Assembly: GCA_964016885.1 (NCBI GenBank) | Contig: OZ024746.1 | Location: 82,212,001 to 82,276,000 of the forward strand | Source of the DNA: Eledone cirrhosa | Lineage: Eukaryota | Reading direction: 5' to 3' | DNA length: 64,000 nucleotides | Shown: positions 39,641 through 51,632 of the stretch, one piece after another | How positions within the stretch are numbered: position 1 is the first letter of the stretch | How the letters are laid out: every line of letters begins with the position of its first letter | Made by a program: the position numbers and the translations under genes | Notes under the pieces: model-generated | Databases searched by the model: none | Seen by the model: only the letters and a program-made list of their open reading frames with translations | What the model was told of the DNA's origin: nothing

Positions 39641-41739
39641 GAATGTAAGACAACACAAACAAGAGATGGACAATTTCCCTTCAAACAAGAGACGAAGGGA
39701 ATGTATGTATGCGTGTGTTGTGTGATGTGTGCTGTGTTTCCCTGTGTTTATAGTTTATTAGAATTTATTGTTAGGTTATTGGAGTTTTATATGTGCCATC
39801 AATAAACCAATAAATTCTTTTTTTTTTTCAATCCATATCTGACATTACATTTTCGAAGTAAATGTGATTTCTCGAAATTCTGATTCTAACCGATTCTCCG
39901 ATAAATTGAAACATAAATTTCAAATTAGAACAAGTTTTCAACCTACTTTGGTTAGAGGTCCAGCTTCAATCAACAGAGAGCTTATATTAGCTGCCATATA
40001 GGGAAACAAACGAATCGAAGTAGTTGACTATATAATATATAGTATTGATTTGTAGCAATGTGTTGTAGTCAAAATTTTCATTTCAATGAAACTGAACTAG
40101 TGGACAATCTAAGTGTTTGAACTTCCATTCATAGCCCCCCCACCCCCCACATGAACAAATACTTCAAATTACAGTGCTAACTTTAGATTGGAAAAGTAGT
40201 GGTAAAGTTGTTAGAGCGTCGATATACTTTATGGTTCTTTATGTTCAAACCCGCCGAAATTAAATTTGCCTTTCACACTTCTGGAACCGATAAAATAAGG
40301 TTATTGGGAAAGTACTGGAGTTTGGTCGAATGAAATTTCAGGACCCACCTTAATTATACAACATCATATAGTTGCGCTTCTTCTTCTTCTTCTTCTTCTT
40401 CTTCTTCTTCTTCTTCTTCTTCTTCTTCTTCTTCTTCTTCTATGTATATATATATATATATATAATTCTCTGGAAGGAATCGGCTGTTCCGACTTGAAGA
40501 GGAATGGTCTCCACTATGTTTAAAATGCCCAAGATACGCCGTGTGTTATAACGGCGTCCCTACTACTCCATCAGGAGTTAAGGGCCCTTTACTTTACTTA
40601 AGTCATATGATTCTTCATCTCACTGGCAAGGCCGGCGACACCATTAAGGCCAACTAAGCAATTGCCTGGGACGCAGACCCCAGAGAGACGCATTACTGGA
40701 CCTTAAAGAACCAAAATTGTCTATAAATTTATATAATTAAATTAAATATTTAATAATTTCATGATATCAATGAATAAATCGTTAAGCATTTTTGCCGCAT
40801 GGAGACATTATGGAAATATAAAAAGCGGTAGGGAGGGTCGTATTCTGCTATGACGCATGTCAGTGTGGACTGTGTAGTGGTAATGCAGTTTTAATGATTT
40901 TCTTAGTGTGGCCTAAGCAAGAAGTGTCAAAAGCTAAGTTCATCAGGTTACCAAACTGTTAGTTGAAATTATTTTATTTAGGAGAATGAGACGATATAAC
41001 TGAAAGAACGGGCACATTCTGTAGAGCTAACCTAAGGGGCCAAATACCCAGGCGCCGGTTATGTTTACTAGTATTACATAGTTTAGGGCGAATGGCAATC
41101 ATATGGAGCCCAAAGTGGGAGCCTGTCAGTGGCATCTTCATTTTTTGGGGAACAACCAGAACTCAGAAGGGGCCATGTCTACAGAGTAGAGATCCTGGGG
41201 TATGAGAGAAATACCTTTCTTTACCAAGAAACTTTCGATCAGTTGCGATCAATAAACTAGTCACTTTCGCCGAACTGCATTATGGAGCTCTCTGAAGACT
41301 TCCTGTAACTTTTTGTCCCTCTGGTTCCTATTCGTGATGCTCAACAGTCAGCATCACCTTGATTTGAGGGCTTGGCGATGTTGGATGCTTCCACTGTGGC
41401 GACGAGTAAATAGTACACACGTTGGCTGCCTGACTGCAACTGATGCATTCAGTGAGCTCGATAAAAACCATGCATGAATGCATGCAGCATCACGTTGCAA
41501 AGTTTTGTCTCTCTAACATCATTACTTTTTACGGGGGGAAATAAAGTCAGATACCTTTTAGACAGACCTCGTATAACTAAAAATTAATAAATAGGGTACT
41601 ATAAACTGGAGACTACACAGGATATGTTTCTGTCTTATCAAACTTCTCAGTGAAGTAGGTAGTTATTAGCAGTATTTGTTGGCTCCTGCCAACGTTTATT
41701 CACTCAATATATTTATATAACATAATATAGTTTGTGTGT

Positions 41740-41800
<61 letters not shown>

Positions 41801-41894
41801 TCTATCAGATAAGTTATTGTTATCTAAGTTGTCGTTCCAAAGTGATTGCAATAAATCACTACCACACTGTGTGTGTATGTATATATGTCGGGGA

Positions 41895-41899
<5 letters not shown>

Positions 41900-41988
<89 letters not shown>

Positions 41989-41993
41989 CATGT

Positions 41994-42072
<79 letters not shown>

Positions 42073-42091
42073 CGCGTGTGTGTGTGCATGT

Positions 42092-42140
<49 letters not shown>

Positions 42141-42180
42141 CGCGTGCGTGTGCGTGTGTGTGTGTGTGCGTGTGTGTGTG
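41900..42180. repeat. (TG)n/(CG)n microsatellite
   Basis: About 280 bp alternating purine-pyrimidine tract. Confidence 0.97.
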
Positions 42181-42314
42181 AAGTCCTAATGATTTCATAC
42201 GAATGAACAGTTCTTGTCCAGTCGAAGTCATTTCTATGTAAAATGAATATATATATACACACACACATATATATATATATTGGAAAATGTGTGAGATCTT
42301 TGGTACAGTTAAGT

Positions 42315-42496
42315 ATATTTGAAAAAAAGGAAAAGAATGACTTCACCTGTAGTGTTAAAAAATTTTTGATTTAATTTTATAATATTATAATATTATGAGT
42401 TGGTAGATCCAGTCTACCAACTCATAATATTATTATATAATATTAAATCAAAAATTTTTTAACACTACAAGTGAAGACATTCTTTTCCTTTTTTTT

Positions 42497-42504
<8 letters not shown>
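42315..42504. repeat. Palindrome, about 93-bp arms and 5-nt spacer, abutting (TA)n
   Basis: ..attatgagttggtaga TCCAG tctaccaactcataat.. with arms extending out to atatttgaaaaaaaggaaaagaatg. Confidence 0.9.
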
Positions 42505-42530
<26 letters not shown>

Positions 42531-43295
42531 AAAGAATAGAGGTGTAACACACAAGTTATGATATATTGCAAACATCACGGACGTTCTATCTCAAAATTAT
42601 TTTTGAAAAGCATTAGAAATGCGCAACCGGTAAAACTTAAAACCAAAACTGAATACTAACCAATACTATTACTAATTCTCACTTATTCCTAATTAAACTA
42701 TTTTTCACTGTGAACAATTTGTCAGCATTTTCTTTTCCGTTTACCAATATATATATATATATATATATATATAGCATATATAGCATATATACATACTTAT
42801 CATTACATAACTCGATAGGATATATTCATGCATACGTACAGTGATGGTGACAGTTATATGATATATGCGTATTTCTGATTATAGTAGACCGTTAGTCAGA
42901 GTTTTGTACCGCTGTCCTGGGAATGTCCAAACACTCGGAAACGGACTGATGTAATCTGGAAATGTAAACCTCGAGATTATCGGAGATTATGCTTTTTTAT
43001 TTCTTAGTTTGTAGTATTACCGCGCACGTAAGCAGAAACACCAACACACTAGTAGCTAAATATAGAGACTGGGAGATGGGATGGTAGCAAAACAGAGGCT
43101 ATATGTACTATATGTACTATAAAATAAGTCTGTAGTACCAAAGATTTTGCTTTTGTGTCGATATTACAGAGATGCCCTTCGTGGGAATAATACTACTTTA
43201 GAGACAAAGACAAGGGCAGGTAAATGTTGTTCTTTTTTTGTTGTTTTGGGGGTCTGGGTTTTTTTTTGGGGGGGGGGGGGGGGAATTTGGTTGTC

Positions 43296-43425
43296 GTTAT
43301 TAATCATCATCGCCATGATCATTATAATCATCATCAACATCATTTTCGTCATCATCATCATCATCATCTTCGTCAACATTGTTATCGCCATTATCGTCGT
43401 CGTCGTTAACATCATCATCATCATT

Positions 43426-43459
<34 letters not shown>

Positions 43460-43469
43460 CCATATTCGC

Positions 43470-43518
<49 letters not shown>

Positions 43519-43646
43519 GTCATCATCATCGTCTTTGTCATCATCGTCGTCGTCATCAACATTGTTATCGTCAGCATTGTCGTCGTCATCACCATCATCA
43601 CCATTATTATCACCATCATAATAATAATCATCACCACCATCACCAC

Positions 43647-43680
<34 letters not shown>

Positions 43681-43775
43681 TTCTTTGTCATCATCGTCGT
43701 TTGTCATCGTGTCGTCGTCATCGTCATCAACATTGTTTTCGCCATCATCATCATCAGCAGCAGCAGCAGCAGCAC

Positions 43776-43817
<42 letters not shown>

Positions 43818-43832
43818 TATCACAGTCATTCA
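43296..43832. repeat. Degenerate (CAT/CGT/CAC)n triplet array
   Basis: Source of the poly-I, poly-M, poly-D, poly-S and poly-H ORFs. Confidence 0.95.
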
Positions 43833-44195
43833 TTTATTCCTTTTCTTTTCTTTTTTTCAAACGGAATGGAAACTTCGCTGCAGACATGTGGGTGGGTGGG
43901 GTGGGTGGGGTGGGAGGCGGATGTAGGTCGGTGGGTGGGGGTGTATATATGTCTGGGTATATGTGATTAGATGTCAAAGTTGTGTGTAAAGTTTGAGCAT
44001 ACTGGATGGAATACATGTGTTAAGACTGTATGTTTTTTGTGTGTGTTTATAGACATGTTTTATATTTTTTCTTTGTTAAATATCGATATCAAATAGAAGA
44101 GACCATATGTTTGATTCTAACTAAATATGTTCCTCTATATTGACCTCTTGTTAAGATTAAATTTGAAAGTCATTCATAGCTACATAGATACATAA

Positions 44196-44393
<198 letters not shown>

Positions 44394-44525
44394 ATATATG
44401 TAGGAGGTGAGTTTTATTGTAGTACAATAAAGCAATGCAGATATCGGATAAGAAGCACTCTACAGTTTGTAGGACTGGAGTATACATAATATATAAGATC
44501 AAAAGATGGTTAAATGAGTTCCATG

Positions 44526-44596
44526 TATTTTATTATGCGCATTTCAAAAACAAATATCATCATGCAATAACATTTGTGCTTTCATCAGATAAAATA
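44526..44596 (-). ncRNA. Type I minimal hammerhead motif
   Basis: tattttat-CTGATGA-aagcacaaatgttattgcatgatgatatttgttttt-GAAA-TGCGCA-TA-ataaaata. Confidence 0.75.
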
Positions 44597-44706
44597 GGAG
44601 GACATGATATGAAGGTTAAAAACACTTGTGGATAGTGCAGTTTTAAATATGTTGATTTAAAACTGCACTATCCACAAGTGTTTTTAACCTTCATATCATG
44701 TCCTCC

Positions 44707-44777
44707 TATTTTATCTGATGAAAACACAAATGTTATTGCATGGTGATATTTGTTTTTGAAATGCGCATAATAAAATA
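44707..44777 (+). ncRNA. Type I minimal hammerhead motif
   Basis: 8-bp stem I tattttat/ataaaata, CTGATGA at 44715-44721, 16-position stem II with one mismatch, GAAA at 44758-44761, palindromic TGCGCA, predicted cleavage after AUA at 44769. Confidence 0.8.
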
Positions 44778-44859
44778 CATGGAACTCATTTAACCATCTT
44801 TTGATCTTATATATTATATATATATATATATGTTATATATATATTATATATATATATTA

Positions 44860-44896
<37 letters not shown>

Positions 44897-45116
44897 TTTC
44901 TGAATTTGTTTAGCAAGATTCTTTATCTGAAATCGTGTGTTGAAACCGATATTGTTATACTTTGGGAGGGTCATGTTGCCAATAAGAAACACACGCACCA
45001 GTTGCTTTCACTTCAATTTATTATATATTTATAAATTTATAAATTTACAAATCTACAAACTTATAAATTTCTGGTTGGTTGGTTGGTTCCACAACCAGAT
45101 AGTTGTTTATATATAT

Positions 45117-45161
45117 AGTCATAGTCCTTTCGTCACACACTCTGTGACCTCTTCAGTGACT
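45117..45161 (-). ncRNA. Hammerhead-like motif with shortened stem III
   Basis: agtca-CTGAAGA-g gtcaca gagtg tgtgac-GAAA-ggac-TA-tgact. Confidence 0.5.
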
Positions 45162-45200
45162 GGGGATTCCTTTCTTCGTTTCTGTGCCTTTTCTTTTCTT

Positions 45201-45269
45201 TCTTCTATCCTACGCCATATTGTTTCTGTGTGTGACACACACAGAAACAATATGGCGTAGGATAGAAGA
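45201..45269. repeat. Perfect palindrome with 33-bp arms
   Basis: tcttctatcctacgccatattgtttctgtgtgt GAC acacacagaaacaatatggcgtaggatagaaga. Confidence 0.95.
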
Positions 45270-45351
45270 TAGATCTGCCAAATCAACTTCACAAATGCAA
45301 GTCGATTGAAAGGTATGTCGTATCTATTTATTTATAAGACTGTTTATATTG

Positions 45352-45417
45352 TATTTTGTCTGAAGAAGGCATAACATATTGTTAATATGATATCCCTGAA
45401 ATATATATAATGAAATA
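45352..45417 (+). ncRNA. Type I minimal hammerhead motif
   Basis: tattttgt-CTGAAGA-aggcataacatatt gtt aatatgatatccct-GAAA-TATATA-TA-atgaaata. Confidence 0.7.
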
Positions 45418-45653
45418 AATATGGTTTTATAAATATAGTTTCCATTTATTTAATATCATAAATATACTCCAAATACTTGTTGAGTGCTTTTATATCAGTT
45501 ATAAATATTTACTCGTTGTTAACCCAACAATTTAAATATAACTTTCCATATATATATATATATATATGTGTGAGTGCGTGTAAGTGAGTAGAGTAGCGTG
45601 TGTGTGTGTGTTTGTTGTATGTATGAGTGTTGCTGTGTGCGCGCATATGTATA

Positions 45654-48600
45654 CGTCAGGGCATTCTTCTAGGAGAAGGCATCTCAGGAAACTGGGTTAA
45701 CTCCGACATAAAACCTGCGGCTCAGTAGTTACCGATGATGTTGATCTTTTCTTCTTTTCGGGTTATAGCTACTGTCGCTCAGAGAGTGGGATTGGCTCAG
45801 TGCACAGTCTTTCCTCACTTTAAAAATATTCGTCACGCACAGGCATTGCACGAGTGCATTAATAATTATTAATAGTGTACTATTATTATTATTATTACTA
45901 TTATTACTATTATTATTACTTCTTTTTTTTTTCCAATTCAATGATGTTCCAGAACAATGTAAACGAGATAATTGCCAATTTAGGTTCTGGAACAAAAAAG
46001 ATCATTGGCAATAAGGGCAGGGGCCCCCAAGTTATCGCAACCTGGGCCCGCCCGTCATCGTGCCATTGTAATAGAGCCAAACAGGGCATTTAGTCTTGGT
46101 TGCTGGAACGTACGGACGCTGCTTGACAGGGATTCTTTGGAGCGTCCTGAACGAAGGACCGCTCTTGTTGCAAAGGAGCTTCGACGTTACGATCTTGACA
46201 TCGTGGCTTTATCTGAGACGAGGTTAGCTGGAGATGGTCATCTTACGGAATTTTGTGGAGAATATACATTCTTCTGGAAAGGAAGAGATGAAGGAACCAG
46301 AAGAGAGGCTGGGGTAGGATTTGCTGTTAAGACTGTACTTGTGAATAAATTAGAAGAATTCCCAGTAGGGATTAGTGAGCGTCTTATGTCCATGAGAGTT
46401 CCGCTGGACAAGGGAAGATATGCTACCCTGGTGAGTGTGTATGCTCCAACTATGAATTCTGTCGATGAAGAAAAAGTGTCCTTTTACCATGCCTTGAAAG
46501 GTGTTCTAAGAAATATCCCTCAGGCAGACAAAGTCATCGTGCTTGGTGACTTTAATGCTAGAGTGGGTAGGGATTTTAACACATGGAATGTAATCGGAAG
46601 GCATGGGGTGGGAAAGTGTAACAGCAATGGTATGCTCTTGCTGCAGATGTGTGAGGAGCTGGATCTGTGTGTTACCAACACCATGTTCCAACAAAAGAAC
46701 AAATTCAAGACCACATGGATGCATCCTGCATCTAAGGAATGGCATCTTTTGGACTACGTCCTAGTCAGGATGCGTGACAGACAGGATGTGCGGTGTGTTC
46801 GTGTTCTTCGTGGAGCTGAGTGCTGGACGGACCACCGCCTGGTACGCGCAAAAGTGAATCTAATCACCAAACGTAAAATCCGGGCTCCTGGTGTTGCCCT
46901 GCCCAAAAGATTGAATGCTGCTCGTCTTAAGGATAAAAATGTGAAGAGGACATTGGAAGAAGAGATGCAGGCTGCAGATCTTGGTGAGGATTGGCCGACC
47001 CTTAAAAAGTCGGTTTATGATGTAGGCAGACGTGTTCTGGGATTGGTGCAGAGAAAACATCAGGACTGGTTTAATGAGAATGATGTACATATAGAAGACT
47101 TGTTGGCTGATAAGAGGCGTGCTCTGTCACGCTACTTGACGGCAAAACCACAGGAGAGGAATACGTTGCATGAGGAGCTCAGGGATGTAAAATCACGTGT
47201 TAGGCGGAGTCTTTCTCAGATGAAGGATCAGTGGTGGAGTGAGAAGGCTGGTGAGATACAAACTGCGTCTGATTGCAATAACACAAAGCTGTTGTACAGT
47301 CTCTTGCGTGAGGTTTATAGACCGTCTTCTTCTCTGGTGACACCGATTCGCAGCAAGGATGGCAAAGAACTTCTTCGTGACTCACAGGGAATTCTACGAA
47401 GGTGGCGAGAGCACTTTGATGATCTTTTGAATCAGCCGTCTGTCGTCAGTGAAGATTTCCTCAATCTCATCCCGGAAAGTCCTGTGAAAGTAGCTCTCGC
47501 AGAACCTCCGACGCTTGTGGAGGTTGCAGTAGCTATTTCGAAGCTGAACAGTGGAAGATCTCCAGGTATGGATGGCATACATGCTGAGCTCCTACAATAT
47601 GGTGGTGAGAGACTCCTGCAACATCTTCACTCTTTGTTTGGCAGGATATGGGCTAATGAATCCGTACCTGAGGACTGGAGAGATGCAGTAATGGTGGTCT
47701 TGTACAAGGGAAAGGGTAACAGGAATGATTGTGGGAACTACAGAGGTATATCATTGCTTTCTGTCGTAGGGAAAGTTTTATGTAGGGTGCTTCTGGACCG
47801 TCTGCTGACACACATTGCAGATTGTGTCCTTCCTGAAAGTCAATCTGGTTTTCGTGCTGGGCGCGGCACTACTGATATGATCTTCTCAGCTAGACAGCTC
47901 CAGGAGAAGTGCATTGAACAAGGCTTGGATCTGTATCAGGTTTTTGTCGATCTTACAAAGGCTTTCGATACTGTCAACAGAGATGCATTATGGAAGGTTC
48001 TCCAGAAACTTGGTTGCCCTGATAAGTTCCTTGCTTTAGTTAGGTCTTTCCATGACTACACGAAGGCTTGGGTTAATGTCGGAGGTAACATGTCGGAGCC
48101 TATCTCAGTAAAAAATGGAGTGAAACAGGGGAATATTCCAGCACCGACCCTGTTTGCCATATACTTTGCAATGGTTTTCTGTATTGCATTCAGGAATTGC
48201 GAGCATGGTGTTTACATCCGATATCGAACCTCAGGCAGCATATTTAACATCAGGCGCTTTGCTGCGAAGACAAAAGTATTTACATCAGTCATAAGAGACC
48301 TCTTGTATGCAGATGATTGCGATCTTGTAGCGCACACAGAGAGTGATATGCAGCACATTTTGAATGCATTTTCTGACGCTTGCACTGCCCTGTGTTTGAC
48401 TCAGTCTCAAGAAAACCGTCGTCATGTACCAACCTGCCCCTAGTAAGCAGTACACTGAACCAAACATCTATGTGTATGGCAAACGACTTGGAATGGTTGA
48501 TCAGTTTGTCTACCTGGGAAGCACTGTCATTGGATACGGCAACCATGACAGTGAAATCTCACTTAGGATTAGGAAAGCAAGTGATGCTTTCGGAAAGCTA

Positions 48601-49630
48601 GAAAGGCGACTCTGGGGTCGGCGAGACATATGCAGGAGGACAAAGGTAAAGGTGTACAGGTCATGTGTACTCTCTTGTCTTCTTTATGCCTGCGAGACCT
48701 GGGTCACATATCGACGCCACCTTAAGCAATTGGAGCGTTTCCATCAGATGTGTCTCAGACGGATCCATGGCGTTCACTGGAGGGACCACATCAGTGATGT
48801 CGAGATTTTGGAAAGCTCTATGTGTGACAGTATAGAAGCTCTTGTGCTTAAGCAGCGACTCCGTTGGAGTGGTCACCTTGCCAGGATGAAGGATTCTAGA
48901 ATACCAAAACAACTCTTCTATGGAGAGTTGGTTAAAGGAAAACGACCGCCACATAAACCAAAAAAGAGGTATAAGGATTCCTTGAAAGCCTTTCTGAAAG
49001 ACGCTAACATCTCTGCTGATACATGGGAAAATATTGCTGCTGATCGTAATAAATGGAGAAAGACTGTATATGAGGGAAAAGTTGCCTTTGAGGCATCTCG
49101 AATCGCACACGAGAAAGTAAAGCGGGACGTTAGGAAGGGCATTGCTGTTGCACTTCCAGACGGCGAGGGTCCTCCTATGGTGCTGACATGCAGCGTCTGT
49201 GCGAGACTCTGCCTAAGCAAAGCTGGACTCGAAAGTCATCTTCGTAGTCATAAAGTAAGACCAGTGGTTGACTACCAGGCTGCTGTTGGAGATGCTACTC
49301 ATCATGCTTGCCAAACATGTGGTAGAGAATGTAAATCAGCAGGAGGGCTCAAGCGACATGCAAGAGTACACGAACTCCAACCACAGCCGACTATTCCCAG
49401 TGAATGTTTTTGTTGCCGACTCTGTGCAAGACATTTTAGATCATTGGCTGGGCTAAAAAGCCACATTCGATCGCAGCACTGTTAGTTGCTATCGTGCGTG
49501 TGTGTGTGTGTGTGTAGATATGCTTATGTGCGTGCGTGTGTGTGTATATATATATGTATATGTATATTATTATTGTTGTTGTCGTTATTATTATTATTGC
49601 TATTATTATTATTATTATTATTATTTTTTT
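45654..49630 (+). mobile_element. Near full-length RTE-clade (BovB-like) LINE, copy A
   Basis: 5' UTR motif CTAGGAGAAGG, a single APE-RT ORF, and a 3' (GT)n/(ATT)n tail. Confidence 0.95.
46005..49485 (+). pseudogene. RTE polyprotein (APE, RT, three C2H2 zinc fingers) with one frameshift near 48400
   Basis: WNVRTL, LSETR, GVGF, LGDFNA, LDYV, TDH, YRGISLLS, QSGFR, FVDLTKAFD, GVKQG, LYADD, YLGS, LRWSGH. ORFs 46005-48443 and 48424-49485. Confidence 0.95.
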
Positions 49631-50052
49631 TTTAAATTTAATTTTATTTTTTTATTATTTTTTTTAATTTATTTATTTTTTTAAATTTTTATTTTTTTAT
49701 TATTATTTTTTTCTTCTCGTGCAATGGCCATACTCGATAACGAGGGGGCAGCCATCATCATCATGTATGTATGTATGTATGTATGTATGTATGTATGTAT
49801 GTATGTATGTATGTATGTATGTATGTATGTATGTATGTATGTATGTATGTATGTTACATTTACTTACATCTCAATATAACATGGCTAAAATTCAAATTTT
49901 GCAAAGAGAAGGAAACGGACAAATGAACTAGATACATCTCACTGTCTCCCACCACCACAATAACGTCTACACTCCCTCCCCACCATCACATGTCATTACC
50001 CTATCTAGACTAAAGTCATCGACCTGTTGTCAAACTCTCTACTCTGTGTTGA

Positions 50053-50098
<46 letters not shown>

Positions 50099-50427
50099 AT
50101 GTATATATGTGTATGTATATATGTGTATATACATCACTCGGTCAAACGACCAGATTTTAACCCCAACATCTACAACAACAACACCGGCACTAATGTTTAC
50201 AGCAACAACAGCTTCAGAATGAATCGAAATGAACATTTACAACAACAGCGGCATCAAAAGATAAAAAAAAACAAAAAAAAACAACCAACAAACAAACAAA
50301 AAAACTCAAAATAACAAAACACACACACGCACACAACACAACAACAACATCAACTGACACCACCACCACCGCCACCACCGCCGCCATCACCATCACCAGC
50401 AACCGGGCTTTAAGAAAACAACTTTAA

Positions 50428-50581
50428 TAATAATTTTTCTGCCTTTGGCACGGATCCAGCGACTGGCCCAGTGCATCACTGGTACTCTCTTTTGTTGACT
50501 CCGTGGGGCTGAAAGGCAAGATTGACCTCGGCGGGATTTGAGCTCAGAGCGTGGAGAGCCATAACTCTATGCTGTAAAGCA
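50428..50581 (-). mobile_element. tRNA-derived SINE, diverged
   Basis: Reverse complement of the family core and tail. Confidence 0.7.
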
Positions 50582-50685
50582 ATTATAATAATACTGGACT
50601 GTAATACGAACGGCTTCAACTATACAAACTCTTGAATAGTCAACAGATGACATAATCTTGTAATCTTGTATCAGTAATGACGGTA

Positions 50686-50716
<31 letters not shown>

Positions 50717-50824
50717 AGTGCGTGTGAGTAGAGTAGCGTGTGTGTGTGTTTGTTGTATGTATGAGTGTTGCTGTGTGCGCGCATATGTATGCGTGTGTAT
50801 GTCGTACGTATAAGTGTCAATAAG

Positions 50825-50857
<33 letters not shown>

Positions 50858-50859
<2 letters not shown>

Positions 50860-51569
50860 GCGGGGACATAGAAATAATCGGGCTGGATACCCGATCGCGC
50901 AGTTAGACCACTGGGAGTGAAGAACCCCTAGCCCTTGTCAGGGCATTCTTCTAGGAGAAGGCATCTCAGGAAACTGGGTTAACTCCGACATAAAACCTGC
51001 GGCTCAGTAGTTACCGATGATGTTGATCTTTTCTTCTTTTCGGGTTATAGCTACTGTCGCTCAGAGAGTGGGATTGGCTCAGTGCACAGTCTTTCCTCAC
51101 TTTAAAAATATTCGTCACGCACAGGCATTGCACGAGTGCATTAATAATTATTAATAGTGTACTATTAATAGTGTACTATTATTATTATTATTGTTATTGT
51201 TATTCCTTGAATCTCAGTCATTGATGTTGGTTAACTGGAAAGTCCGTTGGATTGAATATCAAGCCACTACCTGCAGCCTCAGATATTCAGGACGTATCGG
51301 AGGGTTCTTGCCGTTCCAAGCAAGCATGCCTTTTGAAGCGTTCCAAAAAGCGTGAAGGGGCCGATTTTCTTTAACCATGCCTGGAAACCTTTGGAGATAG
51401 TCCCCAGTGCGCCTATGACAATCGGGATCACTTTGACTTCATGGCAGTTCCAAATCCTTTTCACCTCCCACTTTAGGTCCTGGTATCGGTTAATTTTCTC
51501 CCTCTCCTTCTCTTGCACTCTCGTGTCGAACGGGCAGGCCACATCCACAATCAGGCACGATCTTTTTTC

Positions 51570-51632
<63 letters not shown>

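Larger units (their letters stand above)
44490..44813. mobile_element. Near-perfect palindromic element (about 159-bp arms, 6-nt spacer) with a hammerhead motif in each arm
   Basis: Centre ..gtgcagttttaaat ATGTTG atttaaaactgcac.. with only a few arm mismatches. TA-rich flanks. Confidence 0.92.

Noticed and set aside
41612-41660. Hammerhead-like remnant on the minus strand (CTGAGAA..GAAA)
   Set aside because: The core is not CUGANGA and stem I is weak, so it was not counted.
43147-43970. 259-aa hydrophobic and 177-aa Asp-rich ORFs
   Set aside because: Both are translations of a degenerate (CAT)n array, open in most frames, with no unique domain or splice context.
50858-50965. Possible HDV-like ribozyme in the RTE 5' UTR
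   Set aside because: Only simple hairpins were found, and I could not assign the nested P1/P2/P3 order.
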